Source: Candidatus Aminicenantales bacterium
GTDB taxonomy: Bacteria; Acidobacteriota; Aminicenantia; Aminicenantales; Saccharicenantaceae
Direction: 5' to 3'
NCBI GenBank assembly: GCA_049512315.1
Contig: JBEKXF010000008.1
Coordinates: 1 to 64,000, forward strand
DNA: 64,000 bases
Shown here piece by piece: positions 37,296 through 47,526 of the stretch. The position numbers and the translations under genes are program-made. Position 1 is the first letter of the stretch. The number at the start of each line of letters is the position of its first letter. The notes under the pieces were generated by a model that saw nothing but the letters and a program-made list of their open reading frames with translations, was not told where the DNA came from and ran no database searches.

Positions 37296-39443
37296 ATGCG
37301 CCATAAGATCCGTTTCGCGACTTTCGCCCTTGTCCTGGGCCTGGCCCTGATCGCCGGGGCCGACGAAGGGATGTGGATGCCCCACCAGATGAAGGACCTG
37401 AACCTCAAGGCCTTCGGCCTTCAGATGAATCCCGAGGACCTCTATCGAAAGGACGGAACGGGCCTGATGAGCGCCGTCGTGAACCTGGGCGGCGGGACCG
37501 GCGAGTTCGTCAGTCCCGAAGGTCTGATCCTGACGAACCACCACGTCGCCTACGGGGCCATCCAGAGGGCCTCGAGCAAGGAAAAGGACTACATCAACAG
37601 CGGCTTCCTGGCCGCGACGCGGGAGCAGGAGATCCCGGCCCAGGGCTATACGGCCGGAGTCCTCCTCGGCTACGAGGACGTGACGGCCAAGGTCAACGCC
37701 TGCTTCAAGGCGAAGATGACGCCGCGCCAGCGCTACGACGCCTTCGATAAGGCCCAGAAGGACCTCATCGCCGCGGGCGAAAAGGCCGGCCGGGACCTGC
37801 GCTGCGTCCTGGCCTCGATGTACAGCGGCAACGCCTATTACCTCTATACGTTCAAGCAGATCCGCGACGTCCGGCTCGTCTATGCCCCGCCCCAGGACCT
37901 CGGTAACTTCGGCGGCGAGGTGGACAACTGGATGTGGCCACGCCACACCTGCGATTTTTCGTTTCTCCGGGCCTACGTCTCCCCGGACGGGACCGCGGCC
38001 GACTTCAGCCCGGCCAACGTTCCGTACCGGCCCAAGGTCTGGCTGAAGGCTTCGCTCGAAGGATTCAAGGAAGGTGACTTCACGTTCGTCATGGGCTATC
38101 CCGGTCGCACCTACCGCAACTATTCGCTCTCTGAACTCAAGAACGACACGGAATCGATGGCCAAGCGCATCAAGGACGTCCAGGACCTCATCGGCTTCTA
38201 CGACGCCGCGGGAAAGAATGACAAAGAGGTCGAGATCCGCTACGCTTCGCAGGTCAAGGGCCTCTACAATGGCCTCAAGAACATGCAGGGCAAGCTCGAC
38301 GGTCTCGTGAAATACGACCTCATCGGCAAGAAAGCCGCCCAGGAAAAAGGGCTTGTCGACTGGATCGCGGCCGACCCGGTCCGGGCCAAGAAGTACGGCC
38401 GGGTCATTGCCGACTTGGCGGCATTCCTGGAGAAACAGAAGGCCTATAACGCCCGGAGCGAAGTCCTGAGCGGCGTTCTCGGCGGCTCGACGGTCCTTTC
38501 GCAGGCCTACACGATCGTCCGGGCCGTTCCGGAGATCCAGAAGCCCGACAAGGACCGCGAGCAGGCCTATCAGGAACGGAACGTCCCCCAGCTCAAACAG
38601 AGGATCCAGCTGGCGGAACGAGGCTATGTTCTGGCGACGGACCGTGAGCTGCTCAAGTGGGCCCTGAAGAGGCTCAAGGGGTCGCACCCGGACCTCGAGA
38701 AATGGCCGGGCTCGCTCCAGGGGCTCATCGCCGGGTTGGACGCCGATGTCGCCGCCAGGGTCGACAGGATGTACGGCGGGACGATTCTCGGCGACCCCAA
38801 AAAGAGGGTCGAGCTTCTCGGCCTCAAGCCGGCCGGGCTCGCCGCGGTGGACGACCCCTTCCTCAAGCTCGCAGCGGAGATGGAAAGGGAGCTCAAGGTC
38901 GTCCGCGAGGAGAGCAAGGGGATGGGCCGCCAGGGCGCCGACCTCAAGATGGCCTACGAAGCGGCCATCCTGGAGATGAAGAAGGGAACCTATCCGCCGG
39001 ACGCCAACGGCACCATCCGTTTCACCTACGGCCCGGTCATGGGCTACGCGCCTAAGGACGCCGTCTGGTACCTGCCCCAGACAACGCTCAAGGGCGTCAT
39101 CGAGAAGGATACCGGCAAGTTCCCGTTCGCGGTGCCATCAAAGATCAAAGACCTCTGGAACGCCAGGGATTTCGGACCCTACGCCGATGCCCGGCTCAAG
39201 GACGTCCCGGCCTGCTTCCTGAACACGACCAACGTCACGGGAGGGAATTCCGGCTCGCCGACGCTCAACGCCAAGGGCGAGCAGGTCGGCATCATCTTCG
39301 ACATGACCTACGAAAGCGTCATCGGGGATTACTACATCATCCCCGAGCTCCAGCGCTCGATCAGCGTCGACATCCGCTGGGTCCTGTTCGTGACGGACAA
39401 GTTCTCCGGCGCGACGCACATCATCAAGGAAATGGGCTTATAA
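37296..39443 (+). CDS. S46 dipeptidyl peptidase, secreted
   Basis: ADEGMW, TNHH, NWMWPRHTCDF, TGGNSGSP. Confidence 0.95.
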   Translation: MRHKIRFATFALVLGLALIAGADEGMWMPHQMKDLNLKAFGLQMNPEDLYRKDGTGLMSAVVNLGGGTGEFVSPEGLILTNHHVAYGAIQRASSKEKDYINSGFLAATREQEIPAQGYTAGVLLGYEDVTAKVNACFKAKMTPRQRYDAFDKAQKDLIAAGEKAGRDLRCVLASMYSGNAYYLYTFKQIRDVRLVYAPPQDLGNFGGEVDNWMWPRHTCDFSFLRAYVSPDGTAADFSPANVPYRPKVWLKASLEGFKEGDFTFVMGYPGRTYRNYSLSELKNDTESMAKRIKDVQDLIGFYDAAGKNDKEVEIRYASQVKGLYNGLKNMQGKLDGLVKYDLIGKKAAQEKGLVDWIAADPVRAKKYGRVIADLAAFLEKQKAYNARSEVLSGVLGGSTVLSQAYTIVRAVPEIQKPDKDREQAYQERNVPQLKQRIQLAERGYVLATDRELLKWALKRLKGSHPDLEKWPGSLQGLIAGLDADVAARVDRMYGGTILGDPKKRVELLGLKPAGLAAVDDPFLKLAAEMERELKVVREESKGMGRQGADLKMAYEAAILEMKKGTYPPDANGTIRFTYGPVMGYAPKDAVWYLPQTTLKGVIEKDTGKFPFAVPSKIKDLWNARDFGPYADARLKDVPACFLNTTNVTGGNSGSPTLNAKGEQVGIIFDMTYESVIGDYYIIPELQRSISVDIRWVLFVTDKFSGATHIIKEMGL

Positions 39444-39462
39444 GAAAGCCAGGAGAAAACGA

Positions 39463-42400
39463 ATGAGACGACTCACCGGGGTATTGTTTATCATCCTGGG
39501 CCTGGCTTCCGCGGCCTCCGCCGCGGAGGAGGGCCGGTTCTTCACCTATCCGACCATCCACGGCGACAGGATCGCCTTCACCTACGAGGCCGACCTCTGG
39601 ACCGTGAGCGCCCAGGGCGGCGTCGCGGCCCGCCTGACGACGTTCCCGGGGACCGAGAGCTTTGCCAAGTTCTCGCCCGACGGGAAATGGCTCGCCTTCA
39701 CGGCCACCTATGACGGAGCGCCGGCCGTGTATCTCATGCCGGCCGAGGGTGGAGCGCCGGTGCGCCTGACCTACAATCCCGGCGGCGCCCAGGTCATCGC
39801 CTGGACTCCGGACGGCACCGAAGTCGTCTTCCGTTCGATGTTCGAGAACGTCGTCGGCCGCGACCCCAACCTCTATTCCGTGAGCGTCAAGGGCGGGGCC
39901 CCGGAGCGGCTGCCGCTCGACCGGGGCGTCCTCATCAGCTTCATGCCTGATGAGCACAAATTCCTCTACTGCCGCCGGGGCAACGAAGAGTATTACTGGA
40001 AGCGCTACAAGGGCGGGCAGTACCAGGACATCTGGATGTATGACGCCGTGGCCAAGACATACGCGCCGGTCACGGACTACGTCGGCAAGAACAGCTACCC
40101 GATGTGGGCGGGCGGGCTGATGTACTTCGTTTCTGACCGGGCAAACGGCATCGCCAACCTCTACGCCCAGAAGCTCGGGACCAAGGACGCCAAGCCAGTC
40201 ACGAGCTACGGGGACTTCGATGTCATGATGCCAAACACGGACGGCCGCGCGATCGTCTACCTGCAGGACGGCCGGATCCACGTTCTAGACATCGCGTCGG
40301 GCCAGGACAGAAAGATCGCCGTCCAGGTGCCGTCGGACCGCTGGGCCCTACGCGACCGCGTGATCAATCCCCGCGATTATCTCCATACCGCGAACGTTTC
40401 GAACGACGGCAAGACCGTAGTCCTCGAGGCCCGCGGCGACGTCTTCCGCGTTCCGACGTCGGAGCCCGGGACGGCGGACAACCTGTCCGGCACGCCGGGC
40501 ACGCGGGAGATCTATCCCGCCCTCTCGCCCGACGGTAAGACGGTCGCCTTCTTCAGCGACAGGACGGGCGACTACCAGCTCTACAGCCAGAGCGCCGCGG
40601 GCGGCGATTGGACCGCGATCACGACCGGCCTCGACAAGGCCGTGTATCACCTGTCCTGGTCTCCCGACGGCAAAAAAATCCTCTTCGGCAACAAGGACTA
40701 TTCGATCTTCTACGTCGACGTCGCCACGAAGAACCTGGTCAAGATCGACTCCTCGAACCAAATGAAGAACGACGAGTTCATTTGGGAGATGGCCGATTAC
40801 TCCTGGTCTCCGGACTCCAAGTGGATCGCCTACAGCTTCGTTCAATACAACCGCAACAGCCAGATCTTCGTCTCCAACATCGAGACGGGCAAAAAATATG
40901 CGGTGACGAACGATTTTTACGATAACCTTTATCCCTCGTTCGACGCCGACGGGAAATACCTCTACTACGTCTCGAGCCGCAACTTCGACCTCCGGATGGA
41001 CTTCTACGAGGACAACCACGTCCTGGCGACGCCCCAGCAGGTGATGGTCGTCCAGCTCCGCGACGGCGAAAAGCCGCCCTTCGCGCCGGGCGGCCCCGTC
41101 AAGGAGGAGAAGAGAGCCGAACCGGAGCCCTTCCGGATCGATACCGACGGCCTGATGAAACGGACCTATCCGCTCCCGGTTCCCGCCGGGAACTATTTTT
41201 ACCTCAAGGCGGGCCAGGGCAAAGTCCTCTGGGCATCCGTCCCCGAGTTCACGGAAGCCGAATACGAGGAGATCTTCCGGCCCCGCGGCGAGACGAAATG
41301 GGACCTCCACATCTTCGACATGGCCGACCGCAAGGAGGTCACGCTCAACGAGAAAGTCCGCGATTTCGGGATCTCGGCGAACGCCCAGCAGCTCCTCATC
41401 TGGAAGGACGCCGACCTCTATACCACGGCGATCGACCGCGCCTTCGGCTCGAAAGCCCTGGGCGAGAAGGTGGGCCTCTCCGGGCTCGTCTATACGGTCG
41501 ACCTCCAGAAGGAATGGAACCAGATCTTCAACGACGCCTGGCGCTGGTACCGCGACTTCTTCTACGACGCCGGCTTCCACGGCCGCGACTGGACGGCCAT
41601 GGGCGAGAAATATCGTGCCACCATTCCCTATCTCTCCTCGCGCGCCGAGCTCAACTGGGTCCTGTCCCAGATGGTCGGCGAGTTGTGCGTCTCGCACACG
41701 TACATCGGCGGCGGCGACTTCGGCCCGGCCGGAACGCCCGGCTCGCCGGTGTTCACGGGCCTCCTCGGCGCGGACCTCGTTGCCGACAAGGCTTCGGGAC
41801 TCTACAAGCTCGGCAAGATCTACGGTCCGACCGAGATCAACCTGAACCTCCCGGGCCCGCTCGTCCGGCCCGACATCGCGGTCAAGGAGGGCGACTTCCT
41901 CCTGGCCATCAACGGCATCGCTCTCAAGGCAGGGGATGATTACTTCAAGCTTCTGCAGACGACGGCCGGGAAGAAGATCAAGGTCACGGTCAACGCCAAG
42001 CCCGTGACGGAGGGCGCCAAGACCTATGAGGTCGACCCTGTCCGCAGCGACAACCAGATGCGCTACTATCGCTGGATCCAGGACAACATCCGGACGATCG
42101 AGAAGGCCACCAACGGCCGCGTCGGCTACATGCACATCAACGCCATGGGCGGCGGCGGGATCGGCGAGTTCGACAAGTACTGGCGGGCCTTCCGCTACAA
42201 GGACGGGATCATCATCGACGTGCGGCGGAACTCCGGCGGCTGGACCGAGTATTTCCTGATCGACAAGCTCGAACGGGTCATGACTTCCCAGAATGTCCTG
42301 CGCGGCATGGTCCCCTTCCGCTACCCCGGCTCGGCCGGCAACGGCAACTTCATCGTCATCTCCAACGAGAACAACGGCTCGGACGGGGAGGCCTTCGTCG

Positions 42401-42714
42401 ACGACTTCAAGGCCCGGAAGCTCGGGACGGTCGTGGGCGTGCCCTCCTGGGGCGGCCTGGTCGGCATCCTCAACCAGCAGCCGACCATCGACAACGGGAC
42501 GGTCGAGCAGTCGAACAACGCCTTCTACGACCGCGACGGGAAATGGATCGTCGAGAACCACGGCTCAGACCCCGACATCGTGGTCGACAACGACCCGGGC
42601 TCGGTCATGGCGGGGAGGGACCTCCAGCTTGAGAAGGCCATCGAGGTCATGCTCGACAAGATCAAGAAGAACCCGCCGAATTTCCCGGCCAAGCCCGCGT
42701 ATCCGAAGAAGTGA
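39463..42714 (+). CDS. Second tricorn protease homolog (S41B), secreted
   Basis: Signal peptide, SPDG repeats, KRYKGG, DVRRNSGG, GSDGE, ENHGSDPD. Confidence 0.95.
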   Translation: MRRLTGVLFIILGLASAASAAEEGRFFTYPTIHGDRIAFTYEADLWTVSAQGGVAARLTTFPGTESFAKFSPDGKWLAFTATYDGAPAVYLMPAEGGAPVRLTYNPGGAQVIAWTPDGTEVVFRSMFENVVGRDPNLYSVSVKGGAPERLPLDRGVLISFMPDEHKFLYCRRGNEEYYWKRYKGGQYQDIWMYDAVAKTYAPVTDYVGKNSYPMWAGGLMYFVSDRANGIANLYAQKLGTKDAKPVTSYGDFDVMMPNTDGRAIVYLQDGRIHVLDIASGQDRKIAVQVPSDRWALRDRVINPRDYLHTANVSNDGKTVVLEARGDVFRVPTSEPGTADNLSGTPGTREIYPALSPDGKTVAFFSDRTGDYQLYSQSAAGGDWTAITTGLDKAVYHLSWSPDGKKILFGNKDYSIFYVDVATKNLVKIDSSNQMKNDEFIWEMADYSWSPDSKWIAYSFVQYNRNSQIFVSNIETGKKYAVTNDFYDNLYPSFDADGKYLYYVSSRNFDLRMDFYEDNHVLATPQQVMVVQLRDGEKPPFAPGGPVKEEKRAEPEPFRIDTDGLMKRTYPLPVPAGNYFYLKAGQGKVLWASVPEFTEAEYEEIFRPRGETKWDLHIFDMADRKEVTLNEKVRDFGISANAQQLLIWKDADLYTTAIDRAFGSKALGEKVGLSGLVYTVDLQKEWNQIFNDAWRWYRDFFYDAGFHGRDWTAMGEKYRATIPYLSSRAELNWVLSQMVGELCVSHTYIGGGDFGPAGTPGSPVFTGLLGADLVADKASGLYKLGKIYGPTEINLNLPGPLVRPDIAVKEGDFLLAINGIALKAGDDYFKLLQTTAGKKIKVTVNAKPVTEGAKTYEVDPVRSDNQMRYYRWIQDNIRTIEKATNGRVGYMHINAMGGGGIGEFDKYWRAFRYKDGIIIDVRRNSGGWTEYFLIDKLERVMTSQNVLRGMVPFRYPGSAGNGNFIVISNENNGSDGEAFVDDFKARKLGTVVGVPSWGGLVGILNQQPTIDNGTVEQSNNAFYDRDGKWIVENHGSDPDIVVDNDPGSVMAGRDLQLEKAIEVMLDKIKKNPPNFPAKPAYPKK

Positions 42715-42783
42715 TCCGGTTTCGTTGTTTCGAGATCGATCCCATGCGGGCCGTCCGAAGGACGGGGCTGCAGGACCTCGCGA

Positions 42784-44586
42784 TTAAAGCGCCTTCCTCA
42801 GCCAGTCCTTGAAGATGGCCGCTTGGAGGGGAGTCGCGTCCGGGGCCGGCGTGATCGCGTAGCTATACTTCATATTTTTGCCGAGTTCGATCTCCAGGTC
42901 CTGGGCGGTCTTGTTCCCGCGCGAGAATCGCACCTTGATCTTGTCCCCCTGCTTTTTGGCCGCCAGCTGGTCGTTGAGGACCTTTGTTGCGGCGGCGACG
43001 CCGTCGAGCTCCAGGATCAGGTCCCCGGCCGCGAGCCCGGCGCCCTCGGCTGGCGACCCCGCTGATGCGCCCGTCACCACCAGCTTCCCGTCGACAACGC
43101 GGGTGTTCAATCCGAGGTACGCGCCGGGAGCTACTTGCGCCGCGGCCTTGACCTTGAGGCCGGCGTAGGCGAAGAACTTGGCATAATCGACGTCTTTCGA
43201 GGTGGCCGCGTATTCCAGGACCTCCGTCAAGGGGCCCCCCGCCGCGCTCTCGCATTCCTGCCGGAACTCGGCGTCCGTGAAACCGCGCTTTTTCTCCCGA
43301 TAATATTTCCGGTAGAGCGACCGCATCACGTCGTCCAGGGACTTCCGGTTCTGGCTGTCGTTGCGGATCTTCAGGTCCAGCATGGCCCCCAGCATGCCCC
43401 CGTTGTCGTAATAGGAGACGGTCGTGTTCCGGTCCCCGCCGAAGCCGGAGCCGCCCCACGTCCCGAGGCTGGATTCCGTTGCGGACATGTAGCGGTGGCC
43501 CGGCGAATTCTCAAACCGCGTGACGGCGTCCTGCATGTCCTCGAGATACTGGTCCGGGGTCATCAGGCCGGCCCGGACCATGACGATGTTCTCGTAGTAG
43601 ACCGTCAGGCCTTCCGAAACCCACAGCATGTCGGTGAGGTTTTCCGACTCGTAGTCGAACGGCCCCAAGGCGACCGGCCGGATCCGCTTGACGTTAAAGA
43701 GATGGAAGTATTCGTGGGAAATGTAACTGAGCCAGCCCCTATATCCCTTCTCGTTCGTCAGGCTCTTGCCGTTAAAGGCGCAGGCAGCGGAGTTGGCGTG
43801 CTCGATGCCGCCATTGCCGGTGCCGATCAGGAGGAACGTGTAGTGCTTGTAGGGGATATCGCCCATCAGGCCCGTGGCCGCCTCGACCAGGCGCTTCAGG
43901 TCGGCCATCATCTTCGGCCGGTCCACGCTCCCGGGCACGCTCTCGATGACGACCTGGTGAGGCATGCCCCGGACCTCGAACTGCAGGACCTCCTGGTTCC
44001 CGAGGAGCGTCGGGCAATCGTAGAGGACGTCGAAATCCGGCGCGGAGTAAGTCAGGGGACGACCCTTGACCGGTTCGAGACCGGTCGCGATCTGCGTCCA
44101 GCCGGCCGGCATCGAGAAGGTCACGGTCACGGGATGGCCGAGCTGTTCCGAGGCGTACATGTACAGACCCGGCGGCGCGATGAAGGCCCGCTTCTCGTCC
44201 AGGAAGTTCTGGGCCACGAAGGAGATATTCCCGAATACGTCGTAGTCCAGCACGACCACGGGCGTGCCCCCGGTCGCGACGCGCCAGGTATTCCGGGTAG
44301 CCTTTTCCCACGGCAGCGGCCGCCCCCTGCCGTCCGAAGCGCGGAAATTCGTGACGTTTTTTTCGTAATCCATGATCCGGTAGAATCCCGGCATCCAGGC
44401 GGGCATCAGGAAGTCCTGGATCTCGCCCTTCAGGCCCTCGCAACGGAACGAAACGTGGAACTGGTGGCTGCCCGGCTGGAGCATCGAAACCGTGAACGTC
44501 ATGCTTCCCCCGGCCGAAAGCGCGGGCGAAGCGAGAAGGCCGACAAAAAGAACGGCCCGCAGGACCGTCTGGGCATATCGCATCAT
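42784..44586 (-). CDS. M61 aminopeptidase with PDZ domain
   Basis: PAWMPGFY, GGIEH, HEYFH, NVKRIRP, WVSEGLTVYY, C-terminal PDZ. Confidence 0.95.
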   Translation of the reverse strand: MMRYAQTVLRAVLFVGLLASPALSAGGSMTFTVSMLQPGSHQFHVSFRCEGLKGEIQDFLMPAWMPGFYRIMDYEKNVTNFRASDGRGRPLPWEKATRNTWRVATGGTPVVVLDYDVFGNISFVAQNFLDEKRAFIAPPGLYMYASEQLGHPVTVTFSMPAGWTQIATGLEPVKGRPLTYSAPDFDVLYDCPTLLGNQEVLQFEVRGMPHQVVIESVPGSVDRPKMMADLKRLVEAATGLMGDIPYKHYTFLLIGTGNGGIEHANSAACAFNGKSLTNEKGYRGWLSYISHEYFHLFNVKRIRPVALGPFDYESENLTDMLWVSEGLTVYYENIVMVRAGLMTPDQYLEDMQDAVTRFENSPGHRYMSATESSLGTWGGSGFGGDRNTTVSYYDNGGMLGAMLDLKIRNDSQNRKSLDDVMRSLYRKYYREKKRGFTDAEFRQECESAAGGPLTEVLEYAATSKDVDYAKFFAYAGLKVKAAAQVAPGAYLGLNTRVVDGKLVVTGASAGSPAEGAGLAAGDLILELDGVAAATKVLNDQLAAKKQGDKIKVRFSRGNKTAQDLEIELGKNMKYSYAITPAPDATPLQAAIFKDWLRKAL

Positions 44587-44701
44587 GATCCGGAACTCTA
44601 CAGAAGCGATCGAGTCCTTGTCAAGCGCCCGGCCGGCCGGGTCCTTATTTTGCGTCCCTGAAGCTCCACGGACTCACGTCCGCGGAATCCCTCGAAGGGG
44701 A

Positions 44702-44731
44702 TTGACTTCAGTCCGCGGCCGGGAATAATAT
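44702..44731 (+). promoter_or_regulatory. Putative sigma70 promoter
   Basis: TTGACT-N18-TAATAT upstream of the gene at 44833. Confidence 0.45.
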
Positions 44732-44832
44732 CATTCCGCGATGAGCCGGATCGATCCCCAGCGTAAGGAAGGGGAGAGTCGCGTCGCGCAAAAAAGCATT
44801 TCCCAGCGAACTTGAATCCGAGGAGGTCTGAG

Positions 44833-46197
44833 ATGAAGTCCACGCTATGGAGCCGAAGAACGTTCCTGAAGATGACCAGCGCCGCCGGGACAGCGGCCTT
44901 CGCGTTCAAGGCCCACGCCCTCGAGCGAGTCACGGAAGCCGCCCAATCGGTGGCGAACATGACACCCGAGGAAGTCGCGAAAGATGAGTTCTACTGGCGG
45001 GAGATCCAGCTGGCCTTCAAGCTGGACCGCTCGCTGATCAACCTGAACAACGGCTTCACTTGCCCCATGCCGCGGGTGTCCCTGGATTCCGTCTTCCGGT
45101 ACATGGAAATGATCAACATGCTGCCCGTCCACTATCAGGGGATGGTGGCCGGGAACAGCGAGACGCTCCGCCGGCGGATGGCCAACGAGTTCGGCTGCGA
45201 CCGCGAGGAGATGGCCCTGACCCGCGGCGCCAGCGAGGCCCTGCAGATCGTCCAGAACGGCCTCGACCTCAAGGCGGGAGACGAGGTCATCACGACGGAA
45301 CAGGACTACCCCCGCATGCTGACGACATGGGACCAGCGCATGCGGCGCGAGGGGATCAAGGTCACCCGCCTCCAGTTCCCCGTGCCGGCGACGCAGGATT
45401 TCCTCTACAACATGTTCGAGAAGGCCATCTCGCCGCGGACCAAGGTCTTCCACTTCACCCACATCACGAACCTGACGGCCCAGCTCTTCCCGGTCAAGCG
45501 GCTCTCCCGCCTGGCCCGCTCGAAGGGCATCGTCACCATCGTCGACGGGGCCCACGCCCTGGGGCACTTCCCGTTCAAGCTGCACGACCTCGAATGCGAC
45601 GCCTACGGCGTCAGCTTGCACAAGTGGCTCCTGGCGCCCCTCGGCAACGGGTGCCTCTACGTCCGCAAGGAGATGATCCCGCGGTTCTGGCCGCTCCAGG
45701 CCGCCCCGGAGCAGCAGGACAACGACATCCGCAAGTTCGAGTCCATCGGCACCCACCCCTGGGCCATCCGGGCGGCACTCGGCGAATCCCTGGCCTTCCA
45801 CCAGGCCATCGGGGCGGAGCGGAAGGCGGCCCGGCTGCGCTACCTCAACCTCCGCTGGGTCAACGCCCTCAAGGTCCACCCCCGGATCAAGGTCCTGACG
45901 GACACGAGCGAGCCGGCCCAGGCCTGGGGCGTCATGGCGGTCAACATCGAGGGCATCGACGTCCGGGCGCTGGCGACGTTCCTGAGGAACAACTACCGGA
46001 TCATCGTCGTGCCGCTCGTCGGCGGGGCCCCGCCGAACTCGGTCTTTGATTACACGGCGCTCCGGGTTTCGCCGAACGTTTACACGACCCTCGAGGAGAT
46101 CGACACGTTCGTCGAGGCCATGGAGGAGGCCGTCAAGAGCGGCGTCCCGGATACGCCCGACCCGATCCCCGGGTACCCAGCCGATGTCACTGTTTGA
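44833..46197 (+). CDS. Tat-exported class V PLP enzyme (isopenicillin-N-epimerase-like)
   Basis: SRRTFLK twin-arginine signal; VDGAH, SLHKWL (PLP Lys), LRVSP. Confidence 0.88.
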   Translation: MKSTLWSRRTFLKMTSAAGTAAFAFKAHALERVTEAAQSVANMTPEEVAKDEFYWREIQLAFKLDRSLINLNNGFTCPMPRVSLDSVFRYMEMINMLPVHYQGMVAGNSETLRRRMANEFGCDREEMALTRGASEALQIVQNGLDLKAGDEVITTEQDYPRMLTTWDQRMRREGIKVTRLQFPVPATQDFLYNMFEKAISPRTKVFHFTHITNLTAQLFPVKRLSRLARSKGIVTIVDGAHALGHFPFKLHDLECDAYGVSLHKWLLAPLGNGCLYVRKEMIPRFWPLQAAPEQQDNDIRKFESIGTHPWAIRAALGESLAFHQAIGAERKAARLRYLNLRWVNALKVHPRIKVLTDTSEPAQAWGVMAVNIEGIDVRALATFLRNNYRIIVVPLVGGAPPNSVFDYTALRVSPNVYTTLEEIDTFVEAMEEAVKSGVPDTPDPIPGYPADVTV

Positions 46198-46219
46198 AAT
46201 GGAAGCAAGGAGGCGCGAC

Positions 46220-46660
46220 ATGAAACGTCGGACGGTGGCCCCGGTCGTGGGCCTGGCTCTGCTCCTCGGAGCGGGCGTCGCGTCGGCGCTCGCCCAGGCG
46301 TCTTTCCAGATCCCCTTCCCGTTCCAGGCGGGCGGCAAGAAGCTCGCCGCCGGCGCCTACGCGTTGGCGAAGGCGGCGGACGGCGGGCTGGTCCTCCGGC
46401 AGGCCTCGACCGGGAAGGAGACGCTCGTCTCGGTGCTCGAGAGGATGCCGAAGCCCAAGCCGCCCGTCGGCGAGCCCGGGCTCGTCTTCGACGAGGTCGG
46501 GGACTTCGCGCCGTCTTACACAGAGTACATCACGGTCTACGTTCTTTCGGAGGTCTGGCTCCCGGGCGAGGACGGCTACCGGATCCACGTGACCAAGGGC
46601 GCCCACAAGACGAAGGTCGTCACTGCCGGAGCGGTCTTGCCTATTCACCTGCCCGATTGA
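46220..46660 (+). CDS. Secreted hypothetical protein
   Basis: AGGAGG RBS, signal peptide ending ALA, IPFPFQAGGKKLAAGAY motif. Confidence 0.75.
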   Translation: MKRRTVAPVVGLALLLGAGVASALAQASFQIPFPFQAGGKKLAAGAYALAKAADGGLVLRQASTGKETLVSVLERMPKPKPPVGEPGLVFDEVGDFAPSYTEYITVYVLSEVWLPGEDGYRIHVTKGAHKTKVVTAGAVLPIHLPD

Positions 46661-46782
46661 TCCGGGGCCGATCCCTTAACGGTCCGGACGTTCTTTCGGA
46701 GAGTGATCGGCCGATAGCGGCGGCCGGCAGGATGAGATGAGAACCAAAGTCCCCACCGACCGTCCGTAGGGCAATAAGAGCC

Positions 46783-47421
46783 ATGCACGATCATGATCCG
46801 GGCAAGCGGGATTTCGACCGCGCGGCGGCCGAGTGGGAGCGCAATGAGGCGCGCGTGAGAATGACGACCGCCCTGGCGGATGCGGTCACTGCCAGATTGA
46901 CCCTGTCCCGTAACCTCGTCGCAATGGACTACGGGGCCGGGACGGGACTCGTCAGCCTCCGGATCCAGCCGCTCGTCGGCCGCATTGTGGCGGCCGACAC
47001 CTCGCCCGGGATGCTGGCCGTCCTGGAGGAGAAGCTCGCCGAGGCCGGGCTCGAAAACATCGCCGTCCAGCTCTGGAATATCGAAACGGATCCTCTGCCC
47101 GAGGAACGGTTTGACGTCATTATCAGCACCATGACCTTCCATCACCTTAAGGAAGTCTCCCCGGCCCTCGGTCGGTTCCACGAACTCCTCACGCCCGGCG
47201 GCCAGATCGCCGTCGCCGACCTCGACAGCGAAGCGGGGGACTTCCATGGGGACCCGACGGGGGTATGGCACTTCGGCTTCGACCGGGTACTTCTCCGAAA
47301 GCAGTTCGAGGAGGCCGGCTTCCGGCGCGTCCGGACCGAGACCGCCTATCGCCTCGGGCGGCCCGGGGCGGACGGCAAGTTGAAAGAATTCAGCCTGTTC
47401 CTTCTGACTGCGATCAAGTGA
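46783..47421 (+). CDS. Class I SAM-dependent methyltransferase
   Basis: MDYGAGTG, FDVIISTMTFHH, PGG. Confidence 0.9.
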   Translation: MHDHDPGKRDFDRAAAEWERNEARVRMTTALADAVTARLTLSRNLVAMDYGAGTGLVSLRIQPLVGRIVAADTSPGMLAVLEEKLAEAGLENIAVQLWNIETDPLPEERFDVIISTMTFHHLKEVSPALGRFHELLTPGGQIAVADLDSEAGDFHGDPTGVWHFGFDRVLLRKQFEEAGFRRVRTETAYRLGRPGADGKLKEFSLFLLTAIK

Positions 47422-47526
47422 TCCCCGGGCCGCCGGACGCCTCCGGGGCGCCCGGACCGGTGGCGAGTGGCGCCGCCCCCCGCGTTCGGGTAAAATAGTT
47501 GTTTTAGAATAGGAAGAGAACTTCAC

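Noticed and set aside
42745..42772. CCGTCC-GAA-GGACGG hairpin between convergent genes as a terminator or repeat
   Set aside because: Short stem, no U-tract, and too little similarity to family C to call
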